Below, piece after piece: positions 25,563 through 37,779 of a stretch of DNA of 64,000 nucleotides. How positions within the stretch are numbered: position 1 is the stretch's first letter; every line of letters starts with the position of its first letter. The DNA is from Lama glama (lineage: Eukaryota), in contig CM052818.1 of NCBI GenBank assembly GCA_028534125.1, forward strand, positions 42,224,001 through 42,288,000, in the 5' to 3' direction. The notes below the pieces were generated by a model. The model did not search any database, was not told where the DNA came from, and saw only the letters and a list, made by a program, of their open reading frames with translations. The position numbers were made by a program, and so were the translations under genes.

Positions 25563-26425
25563 CCCCCATCAGCCAGGGTCCTGTCAGGAGCCAGGAACCA
25601 CACAGTCATTTGAACAGGGACAGTTTTACTAGGGAGAACTATTTTCTAGTAATGAGAGATCAACTACACAAGGGCGAAGAGAGCTGTGAGGAATACCCTG
25701 GGCCGAAGGGAATGTGCCCAGGGAGGGAACAGGCTTGGAAGGGAGGCCTCCCCCCGGGCTGGGAGTCAGACTTCCATGGGCAAAGACGGGCTGTAGTAGC
25801 ACGTTGGATGGAAGAGAAGTTCTCCGGGATGCCTCAGGCCAGGGCTGGTCCGTGGCTGCCAAGGTTGGCAGGCGGGGAAAGGTGGGCTGGACGGGCAGGC
25901 TGGATGTCTGTTGTAGGGTGCCAGTGAGCTGAGGTTGGGGGTGGAGGGTCGGAAAACCCCAGAGACTGGTAAGTTTAGGAAACCCCCCAGGAGCATGAAT
26001 GTGCCTCAGAGCTGGTAGATAAAGAACCATGGCCATGACTGAAAAGAAAAAACTCCCTCTGGAGTGCAGGCGAGCCCAGTTTGGGAAGCTTCCCATTCAG
26101 GTGCCTGGGAGGTTCGCTGGGAAGGAATCTGCCCACGGAAGTGCAGCTGACAGTAAATGGGAAGTTGTCCTCAGAAGGAGGAAGCGGGGACGTAGCACCA
26201 CCAGATGTCCCCCACGTGCCTTGCTGGCTACGAGGCCTGTAGGAGCTAGAAGAACCATAGCACATCTGGACCAGAAACCAGAGCCTCTTCCTCTGCAGTG
26301 AGAGGCTCCCCAGCGCCCTCTGTTGTCAGAGCTTAATACTGTGTCAGCTGCAAATGGGAAATGCTGTGGATCTGGCTCTGAAGCTGCTTTTGAGGCTGAG
26401 AGGCAATAGATAGATAACTGACACA
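25563..26425 (-). mobile_element. ERVL-class solo LTR, LTR41/LTR40-like
   Basis: Left end atcagccagggtcctgtcaggagccaggaaccacac; reverse strand starts TGTGTCAGTTATCTATCTATTGCCTCTCAGC; the roughly 860-bp length favours LTR41. Confidence 0.65.
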
Positions 26426-28232
26426 TTGATAGTTCTTTTTTGCCTAAATCCTACAATTGTATTCCTCCTGCTTCCTGCTACCACAGTTAAAGTTACTATG
26501 TAACCTGTTTACTTGGATCCTTGGCACCTTTGTAAGGAAGTAGTTGGACTCATGCTTGCTTTTAGAAGGTTGTGACTTCTCATCGAACATTTAGAAAGGA
26601 AGATATCTGTGCATTTAGGAATATTCTAAGGAATGTTGGGAAATTTTCATGGTAATTGTTTTCCCTGAAAATTCATGTACATGAGTAATTAAAAATAAAT
26701 AAAAACATAATTTGAAAAAGTATCTAAGAAGTTGATGAAGTTGTATCAATGAAACGGGAAGATAAATTGTTTTTACAGGTAAGATATTGGAGATAAGAGA
26801 ACATGAAAGATAGTGAAATAAAGGAAGAAGACAAAATTGCTTGTATTTTCTTTAGAATAGCAGAACACCAAACCTGTATTCTTTCTTCTTGTGTGACTCA
26901 GGACAGTGAGCTCATGAGTTCATGTATATCCACCTAATGGCTTTTTCTGTAACATGATAAAAGGCAGTTTTCGTCTCTAAAGGAGCTGACAGATGTTAGG
27001 AGAAACAAATCAAGTACTTTTTTTTCTTATCAGGGGAAGATACTTAATTCAGCAAAATAAACAGGCAATGAGGAATGTGAAGAGGATGTGAAGGGGTCCA
27101 GCGGTGGCATAAATACGACCTTTGCTCTTAGGGAGCTTACACTCCTACTGAGAAGACAAGCTTCATGCCTAAAATAAAAATGACCACACAAGAAGGTTCC
27201 AGATAAATGCTTTTGGAACCCAGTGAAGGTAGCAAGTGTTACAGACTCTGGCTGTGGAGGTCTGTGTATAGGGAAGATGTTTTGGGCAGGGATTTGAAAG
27301 GACTCAGAGTAGGTGTCCTAGAGTGAGAAGAGAGGAAGGCATTCTTAATGGGAGAAGTAGGACGAGCAAATTTAAAGGAAACCAGCTTGACTCACGGGCC
27401 AGAGTCGATGTCCGTCTTACTGCTGTATTTTCACGGCACACAGAAGGTGCTTAGTAAGTACCTCTTGGATGAATAAATAAGCTGTGTAAGTAAACCAGTT
27501 CATCAGATCTGAGACTCCATGGCAGTGAACGTTGGGAAACATGATCAGAGACACTGGAGGAAAGACCTCACAGGAGGGAGTGTGCAGAGGAGTGTACAGG
27601 GCTCTGAGTCAGATTTTACTTTACATTTTTTTCTATGATGATTCTGGGAAGAGGGCAAGTCAGGGATTTTGAATGGAGTCCAGGGAAGCTGTTGGGAGGG
27701 AGGGATAAGCACCTGATCTTTCCAAAGAACAGTGCACCGTGACTTCCCATGATTAAGTCACTGTTGGTGCTGTAGCATGCCTCTCACGTCAAGTAAATAC
27801 AGAGCCTTGGTGTGCTGTGTGCCTCATTAGTGCTGTTTCAGAGTTACACGTGTTCGTTACAATAGGGTACATCTTGCCTTACTGCTTTATTTTCTCTTTC
27901 CTAAGGCCCAAGTGCAAACTAAAGAGCAACTATAAAAGTTTGGAAGGATCTTTCTATCTTTCCAAAAAAAAGAGTCCTGAGCTTATATTTCAGTGTGTTT
28001 CATTAGAAGGAGAAAGACTGCAGTTGGAATCACTTTCCCTGCATCCAGCTCTAACCACCATTAGGAAAATAGCTTTTTACTGTTGAGCTTCTCGAGCAGC
28101 TGCCTGTGGCCAAGAACCTGGGGAGCTGTCCTCTCTCAGGTACAGCTTTCTGATTCCAGAAGGCAGTTGTCTGGTGCTGTCAGGTGTCATGAGTTCTTTA
28201 ATGCCTCTGTTTTTTATTTTCTCTGTATCCAG

Positions 28233-28384
28233 AGTAAAATAAAGAAACGATCCTGGGTTCTTCATGAGTGTTTGGAGAGAGTTCCTGAAACTGTGGATGC
28301 TGCAAAGGAACTGCTTCAATATGGATTAAAAGGCACGGACCTGGAGGCGCTTTTAGCAATAGGGCAAGGAGCAGATGATGGCAG
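28233..28384 (+). CDS. NBAS: NBAS exon (about exon 17), 152 nt, phase 0-2
   Basis: Acceptor ttttctctgtatccag, donor gttggt; SKIKKRSWVLHECLERVPETVDAAKELLQYGLKGTDLEALLAIGQGADDG(R). Confidence 0.96.
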
Positions 28385-29303
28385 GTTGGTTACCGAAAGA
28401 TTTGGACTCTGAAGTAAAGGTGCCTTTGTGAAAACTTTCAGCTGAAAGGGAAAAAAAGGGAAAGCTTTTCTTTAGGTTATTCTGCGATGAAGCCATTGCC
28501 TTTGATTAATGCTTTTTTATCTGAGGTCACAGTGTTCTTTCCTTGAGGTCAAACATGTTTATGTATGATAGCTTGATGCTAAGAAAAAAGCAAATTCTAC
28601 AAACATTTATTGAATGCTGGCCATTTCTAAGCTTTGGGCTCAAGCCGGCATGTATCTGGGTGCGCTGACCAGTCTGATGATCCACCGCAGGCAAGCCTGA
28701 GCTTCATTCACTGTCTATCTCTAGCATCATTATCCCCTTCAGATAATTACTTTGATTAAATTATATATCTTGCAAAAGCACCTCATAAACTTCTCAGTAC
28801 CATACAAATGTCAGTTAATAACAATAATAAAGTTATTTGACAAGAGCCGTTGTTCATCAGACATTTGGAACATTTTTTGGGATTATAAGTAGGATAGTAT
28901 ATTTGATTAAAAAAAAGTAAATAAGACTGACATTCATTACCATTTTAAGACCTTAACATAGAAGTGATTCAAATTGTAAACTCTGGGCACTATTTTCTTC
29001 ACAGGCTGTTTCACATTGGGTGACTATAACCTTGCATGTTTTCCTGAACAGTTTTCATCTTCTTGATTTTTACAGTTTCCATATGTGATGATTACTAGCG
29101 AGATGATTTTTTGCCCATCCTGTGGATATAAATGAGTGAATCGCTTTGCTTAGAATAGCAACAGCTTTCTTTCAAGTAATTGATTGTTTCTGTTTCTATG
29201 GAAACCAACTTAATAAATCAAAATAGGGGAAAGCAGTTTTTCACTATATGAAATTAAAAAAAAAGTAATCAAAATAGTTTGAGGTTTTCTTTTTCTCGTG
29301 CAG

Positions 29304-29444
29304 ATTTATATTACCTGGTGAAATGGACATTGACGGTGTCTCCTACGAGGATCTTTCGCCACCTGGCGAAGAGCCTGCCAAGAAGAAAAGGGAGAAGGGG
29401 CTCAGGAAGACGCGAGAACTGCTCCAGCTAGTGGACTTTTCCAA
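29304..29444 (+). CDS. NBAS: NBAS exon (about exon 18), 141 nt, phase 2-2
   Basis: Acceptor ttttctcgtgcag, donor gtaagt; (R)FILPGEMDIDGVSYEDLSPPGEEPAKKKREKGLRKTRELLQLVDFS(K). Confidence 0.95.
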
Positions 29445-29709
29445 GTAAGTGATTTATTACTGTTCATTTATTACTGTTAGTTTCTTCAAAATAACTAACA
29501 ATCTAAGTGTGCTCTTTACTAGTGATAATTGCTCTGCATTATTTCAGCAACTTAAATGCATTTAGTACCATTTTATCCTTGTGCTTTTGTGTCCCGTTCC
29601 ATGAGTTTTGGACTGAATGGAAAATTGATCATTTTTGTTCTATTTTAGATCTTACAAAAATGTGCTTGTAGGTAAATATAAGTGGCTTAATAACAGTTAT
29701 TCAAAACAG

Positions 29710-29788
29710 GTTAACGCTGGAACAAAAGGAACTTTGCCGTTGTAGACTGAAACTGTTGACTTACTTAGATCGGCTTGCAACATACGAG
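29710..29788 (+). CDS. NBAS: NBAS exon (about exon 19), 79 nt, phase 2-0
   Basis: Acceptor caaaacag (weak pyrimidine tract), donor gtaaga; (K)LTLEQKELCRCRLKLLTYLDRLATYE; restores phase 0. Confidence 0.95.
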
Positions 29789-32689
29789 GTAAGAAGGCAT
29801 TTTAATCAAGCCAATTATGTTTATTGGCGTTGCCCTTATAAATGCTTGGCTGCCTTGATAGCTGATATTCTTGGTTGCTGAAACTGTTTATGTGGGAAAA
29901 GCTTATTTGTATCAGAGCAAGTTCTCGCATAATCAGTTTTGGTAAAGGTTAGAGGTCTGTGAAAGGCCAAAGCTGCTGTGTTAGTCTAGGAAATAGCCAT
30001 GCATCAGCCACTTCAGAGCACCTGTGTTTCCTAGGCTTACAATCCTTCTCATTCCTCTTACTTTTATTTCGCATTTAAATTTAAGGTTATGGCATGTAGC
30101 TGTCTACAGTACCGAAGTCCAGTTTACACTGGGTTTTAATAATATGAAGATATCTGACTCATTTTACTTTAATGATTTGTTAGTTGTTTGAATTTAATTG
30201 GTTAAACTTTGATCCTAATTATGGCCAAAATTTGACACTTGAACTTAAACTGTACTTCAAAGTTGTTTCTTCAGGGCCACACACACAGATGTCCCTTGTT
30301 GGGCATTTCAGTAGCACTCTGTACTGAAAGGTTAAGCTATTGTTAAAGGTATAAGAAACATTTCATAAAATATACATAGTTTAGATTGCTTTTCTACATG
30401 ACTCTCATAGCTTAAGTTATGCAGGATTTGATATAAATGTCTCACCTTTGCAGTGTGGCTTCATTTGCTGGTCACCTCCTCCATCTGTCTGAGCATCCCT
30501 TGTGGGCACACCCCTCTTGGCTCTAGGGACTGGCACACACGAGGGACTCAGTAAATGTCACATCTGAAGGTGTGCTTTCTATTCCCAGAATAATGGGGGT
30601 ATTTAGTACTTCCGATGCCTACTGGCAAATAAAAGCATTTGATTCTCCACCCATTAATATAATAGAAATGTTTTCAAACAAAATGCTAGTGACGAAAGAG
30701 GGTTATTTCTATAGTTATATGAAATTATGGTAATGTGTATATCATTTCATGCAAACAAGTTGCACAAAACTCCTAGTAGTTTTATCTGTAGTACAACTAC
30801 TTTGACTGTTGGATAGTCATATTATTTTAAAATGCATCCTTTTATTATGTCTGAGTTTTGAGATATTTTGAGGTGATATATAAACGCGCACTGTGAATTG
30901 CCAGCATTGGTACAGATGGAGTTTATTATTTTTTATACTTAGCCGTAGTTTCACTGTTGGTGAGATCTTAAAAAGAAAAAGTTCCATTAAATGTTCAGAG
31001 TTTGACTATCCAGTTTATTTTATTAGTCTTTAGTTAGTGAGTTGCTGTTTCCTATTTGACATTAGTAAGTACGTTTATTATTACATGGTAATAGTGACAG
31101 TTTAAGTATTTGTTGAGCCACTAAAAGGGAATTAAGCTAAGCCTTTGGAAAGTAGTGAAGTTGATTAATTTGGCCGTTAAAACTTAGAAATGAAGATGTT
31201 CAGATATAATGGCTACCCAGCTAGCTAGTGGTAGAGATGGACATTGCATTTTAATCGTAGGGCATGGCTAATTTTATTTATTCTGTTATAAAAGAGATAA
31301 AATGGATTCACTTAAATTTTACGTGAGTGCCTAATGTATGCCGGATATTAATGCCAGTGCTGTCGGAAGAGAGATGAACAGGGAATATCCTTAAGGAGTC
31401 CTGACTGTGTAGGCAACGTGATGATAATGAACATACGGAGAAGTGATGAGGAAGCACAGTGTTATCGTTTGTCCTGGGAAGTCTGAGAAGACTTGGAAGT
31501 GGTATTTCAACTTGTCCTTAAGGAAAAGAAGGCTCACTTAGGGGCTCTGGGAGTACGATGTGGGGGACGCAGGAATGGAAGCTCCGTAAGGGAAGGGGTC
31601 TTGTCTTGTTTGCTGCAGTGTCTCTGGAGCTTGGAACGATTCCTGACTTGTCGAGCTCAGCAAATGTTTGTTGAAGGAACTAACAGTTAAGAGAATACCT
31701 TAAAAAATACCATCACGTTTGTTGAGGACTTATTGTTTGTCAGCCAGTGTCTTACGTGCTTAGTGCAGATTACTTCTTGACATTTCTTTCAGGCAAGTAT
31801 TGTAATCCTCTCCAGCTGAGGCCTAGAGAAGGTGAGTATTCTGTCTAAATCAATAGGAAGCAAGAATGCATAGCTCGATGCCTCCAGTTCATCAGGCTGT
31901 GCCGTTCATCAGGGAGCTGGAAGACAGGCCTAGTGGTGTGGAGGAGGTTGGCCTGGTCCTGAAGGAGTAAGCTAGTCAGGGTAGCTGGACAGTAGGGGTC
32001 GGGAGTGGGTGGCCTGGAGCGAGGCGAGGAGAGGTGATGAGAGTAGTTGGTGGCCACATTTTGAAAGGTCTGTCCTGCTGTGTAAGAAGCTGAATTGAAT
32101 TTTTATCAGAAGTTGAGTTTGGGAAAGAATGAGAAGTGAGGACGTGGAGATGGGTTGTGAGCAGGAAGTTTTATTGTTAAGGGGAGCGGAGAAGATGGCG
32201 GGAGCGAGAGGAGGGTGTGAGGTAAGCGTTGCTTTTTTGCTAGAAGGGAGAAGTCGTTTGTGTGCTATGGGAATGAGCCAGCAGAGGGTGAGGAGGAATT
32301 TATGCACAGAAGACGGGGGAGATACTTGCATGGTTTCAGAAATGGAAGCAGTGGGATCCAGAGCAGGAGTGGAGTTTTGAGGCTTTTAAAAAAGGAGCAG
32401 ATATATGTGTTTTTCTCTATTGTAACTGAAGGAAGAAACATCATGGATACAGGTAGATACGTAGTTTTTTGGTAGGTTGGAAAATGAGGGACTTCCCATT
32501 TAACAGCATGAGTTAAAAAATATACAAAGCAAGATTTTCAGCAGAGAGTGAGGGCAGGGGAATAGGATGTGGAAGGTCTAGAAAGAATGAAAAGTTCTTA
32601 ATGGCATAGCAAATAAAACTTCTTTGGGAAATGTAGTAGCATTGAGGGAGTAAGATCTATTTGAATTTTTTTGTCTTGAATTTATAGGT

Positions 32690-33260
32690 TTTTAGCTTTT
32701 TATTATAAACATTTTCAAACCTTCATAGAAATACAGAGAATGATGAACCCTGATTTACTCATTGGCCAGCTTCAATCATTTCTAACATTTTGCCAATCTT
32801 GTATCTTTTATTTTCCACCTTCCCACTCCTGCCTTTTCTTTCAGTTAAGTATTTTATAGCAAATTCCAGATACCTTTTTACCCATTCATATGTATGTGCC
32901 TTTAACGGATAAGGACTTAGATCACCACAACAGCACTATTATTCCTAACATAATTAGTAGTCGTTCCCTGATACCGCCTGATACCCGCTTCATGTTCAAA
33001 CTTCCCAGGTTGCTTCCAACTGCCTTTTTTTTTTTTTTTTTTTTTTTTAGTTTTTATTGAAGCATAGTTGATTCACAGTGTTGTGTTAGTTTCAGGTGTG
33101 CATCAAAGTGATTCAGTTATACATATAAATACATACATAAATATTCTTTTTCAGATTCTCTTTCATTATAGGCCTTCCCAGCGCTTTTTTCTTTGTTACA
33201 GCTGGTTCATTTGAATCAGGATCCAAACAAGGCTGAGATTTGGAAATTGGTTGAGAACTG
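32690..33260 (-). mobile_element. Old L1MC/ME 3' fragment, interrupted by a younger L1 end
   Basis: tttttattataaacattttcaaac...ccagcttcaatcatt...gcaaattccaga...tttgaatcaggatccaaacaagg. Confidence 0.65.
33025..33172 (-). mobile_element. Younger L1 3' terminus with T24 tail, nested in the older L1
   Basis: T24 then tttttattgaagcatagttgattcacagtgttgtgttagtttcaggtgt...ttcagttatacatata; degenerate flanking repeat cttccaactgc / cttcccagcgc. Confidence 0.85.
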
Positions 33261-34869
33261 TCAGCTTGGTTCTGTGATATTTCTCCAGTGACTTCTAGTA
33301 ACTTGTATTCAGGGTTCACAGTTGAGTTTGACTAGGGATGAAGTGTTGCCAGGTAAGGGTGATCAAGGGAAGGCAGCCAGGGATTTCAGAAGTCTCTCTA
33401 TGACGATGGACCAGTGACTTTAAGCTGGTTAGAAGGGATGAAAGATTTTGAGGGTCGCTAGAAGGTGAGAAGAGAAGTAGGGTGAGTGGATTGGATGTCT
33501 CAGCGAGGTTGAGGCTTTGTTGACGTGCCACACACCAGGTGAGCGGGAAGAAGAGGGGCAGCTGGGTGCAGGTCTTGTGCCTGACGTTTGAGTTGTCCTG
33601 GAGAGTGTCTTCTTGGTGATGATAGAGATCTGGGCTAGGGTCCTGGTATGTGTTAACTGAGGTGAAATAAAGGAAATGATTGTTGTGGATGAGGAGTCGA
33701 GGAACTACGAACATTTTTGAAGTATTTTCTTCCTTTAATTTCCACGCCTGTGCATTCACTTCTTCATTCTTGTTCCTCTTCTTCCTGCTCCTCTGTCTAC
33801 TTTTCCGATGCAGATTTCCTTGTCCTTGCTTATCCTTTTAATGATGTTATTCCTCAGGCTCCTTTCATCTCATTCTTTTTAGTCTCCCTTGAAATCATAC
33901 TCACTTCTGTGTTGATAACTTACATCACGTAGCCAACAGACGCCTTACTCCAGAACTGCTGACCTGGGGATCAGGAGTTTCTTTTAGATGCGCTGTAGTC
34001 CCAAACTCAACATGTTTGCACAAGTGAACTCTCTCCGCCCTCCTCTCTCACTTCCTCTGAACATCCTCTTTCTTCTCTCTTTCCTATCTTAGTAAGTTAA
34101 TGTAGCTAGCTAATATTTATTGGTTATTTATTATGTGGAAGGCAGCATGCTGGGTGTCTGGGGTTCAGTGTGAAACACGACACGTGAGCCCAAAGTCATC
34201 CATTGCAGTGGGGAGACCTACACTTGCCGTGCCCTGGCTGACTCCTGTTTGTCTTTATGTTTCAGCTTTGATGCCACTTCTGGGGCCTGTCCCTGTCCTC
34301 CCAGGACTAGCTGTAGCTCCCTTCCTTTTTGTTTCCCTTTACCTGCTCCGATTGCTTGTTGGTTTTATTAGGTTTTGAACTACTTGGAGAGCAGGAAACC
34401 TGTATTATTCATTGTATTGTTGCTGCCGATCACAGTGTGCACCTAGTACATGATCGACACTTGATAAATACTTCTTTAAGGAATGAATGATTCAATCTGC
34501 AGTTTACACAGATCACTCTAACAGCAGTCAAGTTCATCTTAAATTCTCGTACAGATATGGCAAGTGCTCACAGAACACAGCCACGTATGACTGTTGCTTA
34601 TTTGTTTTTACCAGGTGGTAGATTTTGGTTGTCCTACTGTAACTAATTTCATTGCCTCTTTCATTTACTTCTGGATTTTCTTCATTAACAGCATTTATAA
34701 ATACAGCCATTTTCAAATAAAGGCAAGAATGCAGATGTGGTACCTTAGTTAACAGTTTATAGTTTAATTCATGAATTATTATTTAGGTAAGCAGAATTGT
34801 AAAGATTTTTAATATTTGCTTGTCACCCATATTTAAAAGCCTTTTCATTAAATCACTGTTTCCCCGCAG

Positions 34870-34974
34870 GAAATCCTCGGAGTGCCTCATGCATCTGAAC
34901 AGAGATATGATGCTGAGTTCTTTAAGAAGTTCAGAAATCAGAATATTGTTCTCTCAGCAAGAACTTACGCTCGG
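34870..34974 (+). CDS. NBAS: NBAS exon (about exon 20), 105 nt
   Basis: Acceptor tttccccgcag, donor gtaatt; EILGVPHASEQRYDAEFFKKFRNQNIVLSARTYAR. Confidence 0.96.
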
Positions 34975-35328
34975 GTAATTTCTTTTTTGTAAATTAAACA
35001 ATTATGGTTATTAACACTAAGTCTCTGAGCCATGCAGCTAATGTTATTGCATGGGTAGATCATCACATTTCCTTGTTTTGTTGTAAGATTAATAAATGTA
35101 AAGAAAATAGAGTCATATTAAAAAAATTTGTATTCATCATTCTGAGTCTTAAAAATAATTTTTATAACATTAGATTGAGAAATGTGATACAGACCTGGAA
35201 AAATCAGTATTTCAAAGTACTTCATACCAGAACTACAAAAAGTTAATTTTAAAGTTTTGAATGTCCTACAAAATCACTCCCTTATTTCTAGGGTTCACAT
35301 TAGAAAGTCACCCTTGTCTTTCGCACAG

Positions 35329-35465
35329 GAAAGTAATGTACAAGCCTTAGAAATTCTGTTCACTTACCATGGATCTGACCTGCTTCCTCATCGCCTTGCA
35401 ATTCTCTCCAACTTCCCAGAGACCACTTCTCCACACGAATATTCTATTTTGCTGCCTGAAGCTTG
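35329..35465 (+). CDS. NBAS: NBAS exon (about exon 21), 137 nt, start of Sec39 domain region
   Basis: Acceptor ctttcgcacag, donor gtatgt; ESNVQALEILFTYHGSDLLPHRLAILSNFPETTSPHEYSILLPEA(C); the ILSNFPET..P.EY..LLP motif is typical of Sec39/NBAS. Confidence 0.97.
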
Positions 35466-36095
35466 GTATGTACTGTGTTCACTGAATTTTACCTTTTTTC
35501 TAAATAATAATTTTTGTTTCCTGCTAAACACCTTAAATTAAAAAAAAATTATCTTAATGTTATCTATTAATTTTTTTTCTGATTATAACATTATTTCTGT
35601 CTTATTTTTATGTGGTCCTGAAGCCAAAATTTGTCTAGCATAACAGGAGCACCTTAACTTAAGGAACATGAACTTTCCTTTTTTTTGGAAAGTCTCCTGA
35701 TTTTATGGCTAGGTACTGAGTATGTTCTGTTTTATGGTTAAGAGCCATTTTTAGGATAACAATATCTGTTTGAATTAGTTGTATCTTTAGAAGCTCAAGT
35801 ATAGTTCTGACAGTGTTAGGTAGTGGGTCCAGGGCACCCAGGAATGTCTGAATCCTGCTTCTCTCGAGAACCCTTTCTCCCTATGAAATTCCAGAGACAC
35901 AAAGACAAATGAGAAATCAAAGCACCACTTTCCTATTAGACTAACATTCCTTCTCTCAGTTCAAGGCTGTTTCATAATTGGGTTGTGACATGTGACACAG
36001 ACTCTTAGAACAATGGAACCGTTATGTCCCAGTGGAGCCGTCTGGCTTCCAAGGACCAGAACCGCACTTCTCGAGAATGAAGAAAAGACAATATA

Positions 36096-36310
36096 CAGTT
36101 GACCCTTGAACAGCAAGTGTTCAAGCTGTGCAGTTCCACCTACGCATGGGTTTTTTCAGTAGTAAATACTACAGTGTGACATGGTCCTTAGGTGGTTGGA
36201 TCTGAAGATATGCAGCTGCATGTACAGAGGAACTGACCATGTTATATGTGGATTTTCAACTGCTCGGAGGGTTGGCACCCTTTCCCTCTCTGTTGTTCAA
36301 GGCTCAGCTC
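36096..36310 (+). mobile_element. Tigger2-family non-autonomous DNA transposon (MITE)
   Basis: TA followed by TIR CAGTTGACCCTTGAACA; right end tgttgttcaaggctcagctc (degenerate inverted copy). Confidence 0.85.
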
Positions 36311-37114
36311 TGCCTTAGAGCGTAGCTCAAAGTTGGGCAGGTCATCAGCTGCAGGCCTGAATGCCGTGAAGAGCTGTGCAGAGCACACCTTGCTTCTCTC
36401 AGGCCCTGCACAGAAGCGGAAGGCAAGGACATACCCGTCGTGAGACCTCTCCCATCCAGTGAACTAGCCCCCGAGTAAACGTGGCTTGGTCGTTAATTGC
36501 ATGATTAAGCCTTTCTGAATTTGTTATCCGATCTTAAAATGAGTTGATACTCCCTGTCCTAGTCACTCATACTGCATATTTTCAGTAATAGGTAAATTGA
36601 TATGTATGAAATCGGCGCATAAACTATAAGACGCAGTGACGGATTAAGACAGTTCTGTTTGAAATCGTTACAAACTCCAGCTCCTGGCAACTGACAGTGT
36701 TGCTTAGATATGTTGCTTAGACAGACTTTGAAAAGACTCTAATTCCTTAAGAGTCCTTAACTTATATTCGTTTTAAACGTATTTAGAAAATACAGATTTT
36801 TTTGCTAATCTTTGTCAAGAAAAGTCTTTCACGTTGAGTATATTTTTGCTATAGTTAGAGTCAGAAGGAACAATAGGTTTCGATAGTAATGTCTCTCTCT
36901 CTCCTTATAATTTTATGTGACTGGAAAGCAAAACCACAGTTATGTTTCCGGCGTGGCCTCTTAATGAGGTCTCCCATAACCTCCTTCTCCTGTATTCTCC
37001 TAACTTGTTCATTCTTGTGGTAACACTTCCTACACTGTGTTACCGTCAGTCATTTTTATTATTGCCTTTCTCTTTCTTCTTCTCTTTAACAAACTCCCAG
37101 CCTTAAAAACAGTC

Positions 37115-37260
37115 TTTTTTTTTTTTTAAGATTTTTTGTTTTGTTTTGGTGGAGGAGATAATTAGGTTTATTTATTTATTTTTAATGGAGGTACTGGGGA
37201 TTGAACCCAGGATCTCATGCATGCTAGGCATTCACTCTACCACTGAGCTATACCCACCTT
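37115..37260 (-). mobile_element. tRNA-derived SINE (Vic-1-like), copy 2
   Basis: A box (ccactgagcta 37240-37250) and B box (gggattgaacc 37197-37207) on the reverse strand, taattaggtttatttatttatt linker, T tail. Confidence 0.88.
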
Positions 37261-37779
37261 CTCAAACACACTAACTCTTAACGGCAGAGACCATCACTTC
37301 CTGAGTTTTGGGTCCCCAGGGCCTAGTGTGGTGTTTGTGTGGTGGGTTCTCCAAAGATGCTTGCTAACTGGGTAAATTAGATCCATTTGTGCCTGTTCAA
37401 AAGAGAGATTAAAGGATGTCTTGAAGGGGTTGCAACAGAATACTCTTTTGCCTGTTAGCATGGGAGGCGCCTGGGGTAGTATTTCCAAGGCCCCCATGGC
37501 CTTAAAGATTCAGTTGCTTTTTGAGCCCAGAGTTGAAGCTTGCACTGTCTTACCCCACAGTCTTACTCTACTGGACATGCAGATCCACAGGATGTCATCT
37601 TAGGGCTTACTTTGTTTCTGAGGAAGTGTGTTCTTCTTTGGGTGTTCGGTATGCATTGTCAGACCACTTGGAAGCGCTGGGTCAGATGGACACACAGTGC
37701 TTGGGACGTGAACTCCGTCCTGCGCTCACCGGCTCCCCGATGACCGAGGCCCTCCCGTCTGCCTGTGCCGCGGTCGGGG

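Noticed and set aside
25610..26426. Dense cluster of overlapping ORFs on both strands
   Set aside because: They lie in a GC-rich LTR where stop codons are rarer; no recognisable gag, pol or env motifs.
37190..37260. Possible tRNA gene (A and B boxes)
   Set aside because: It continues into a shared SINE tail and A-rich end in three diverged copies, so it is a SINE rather than a functional tRNA.
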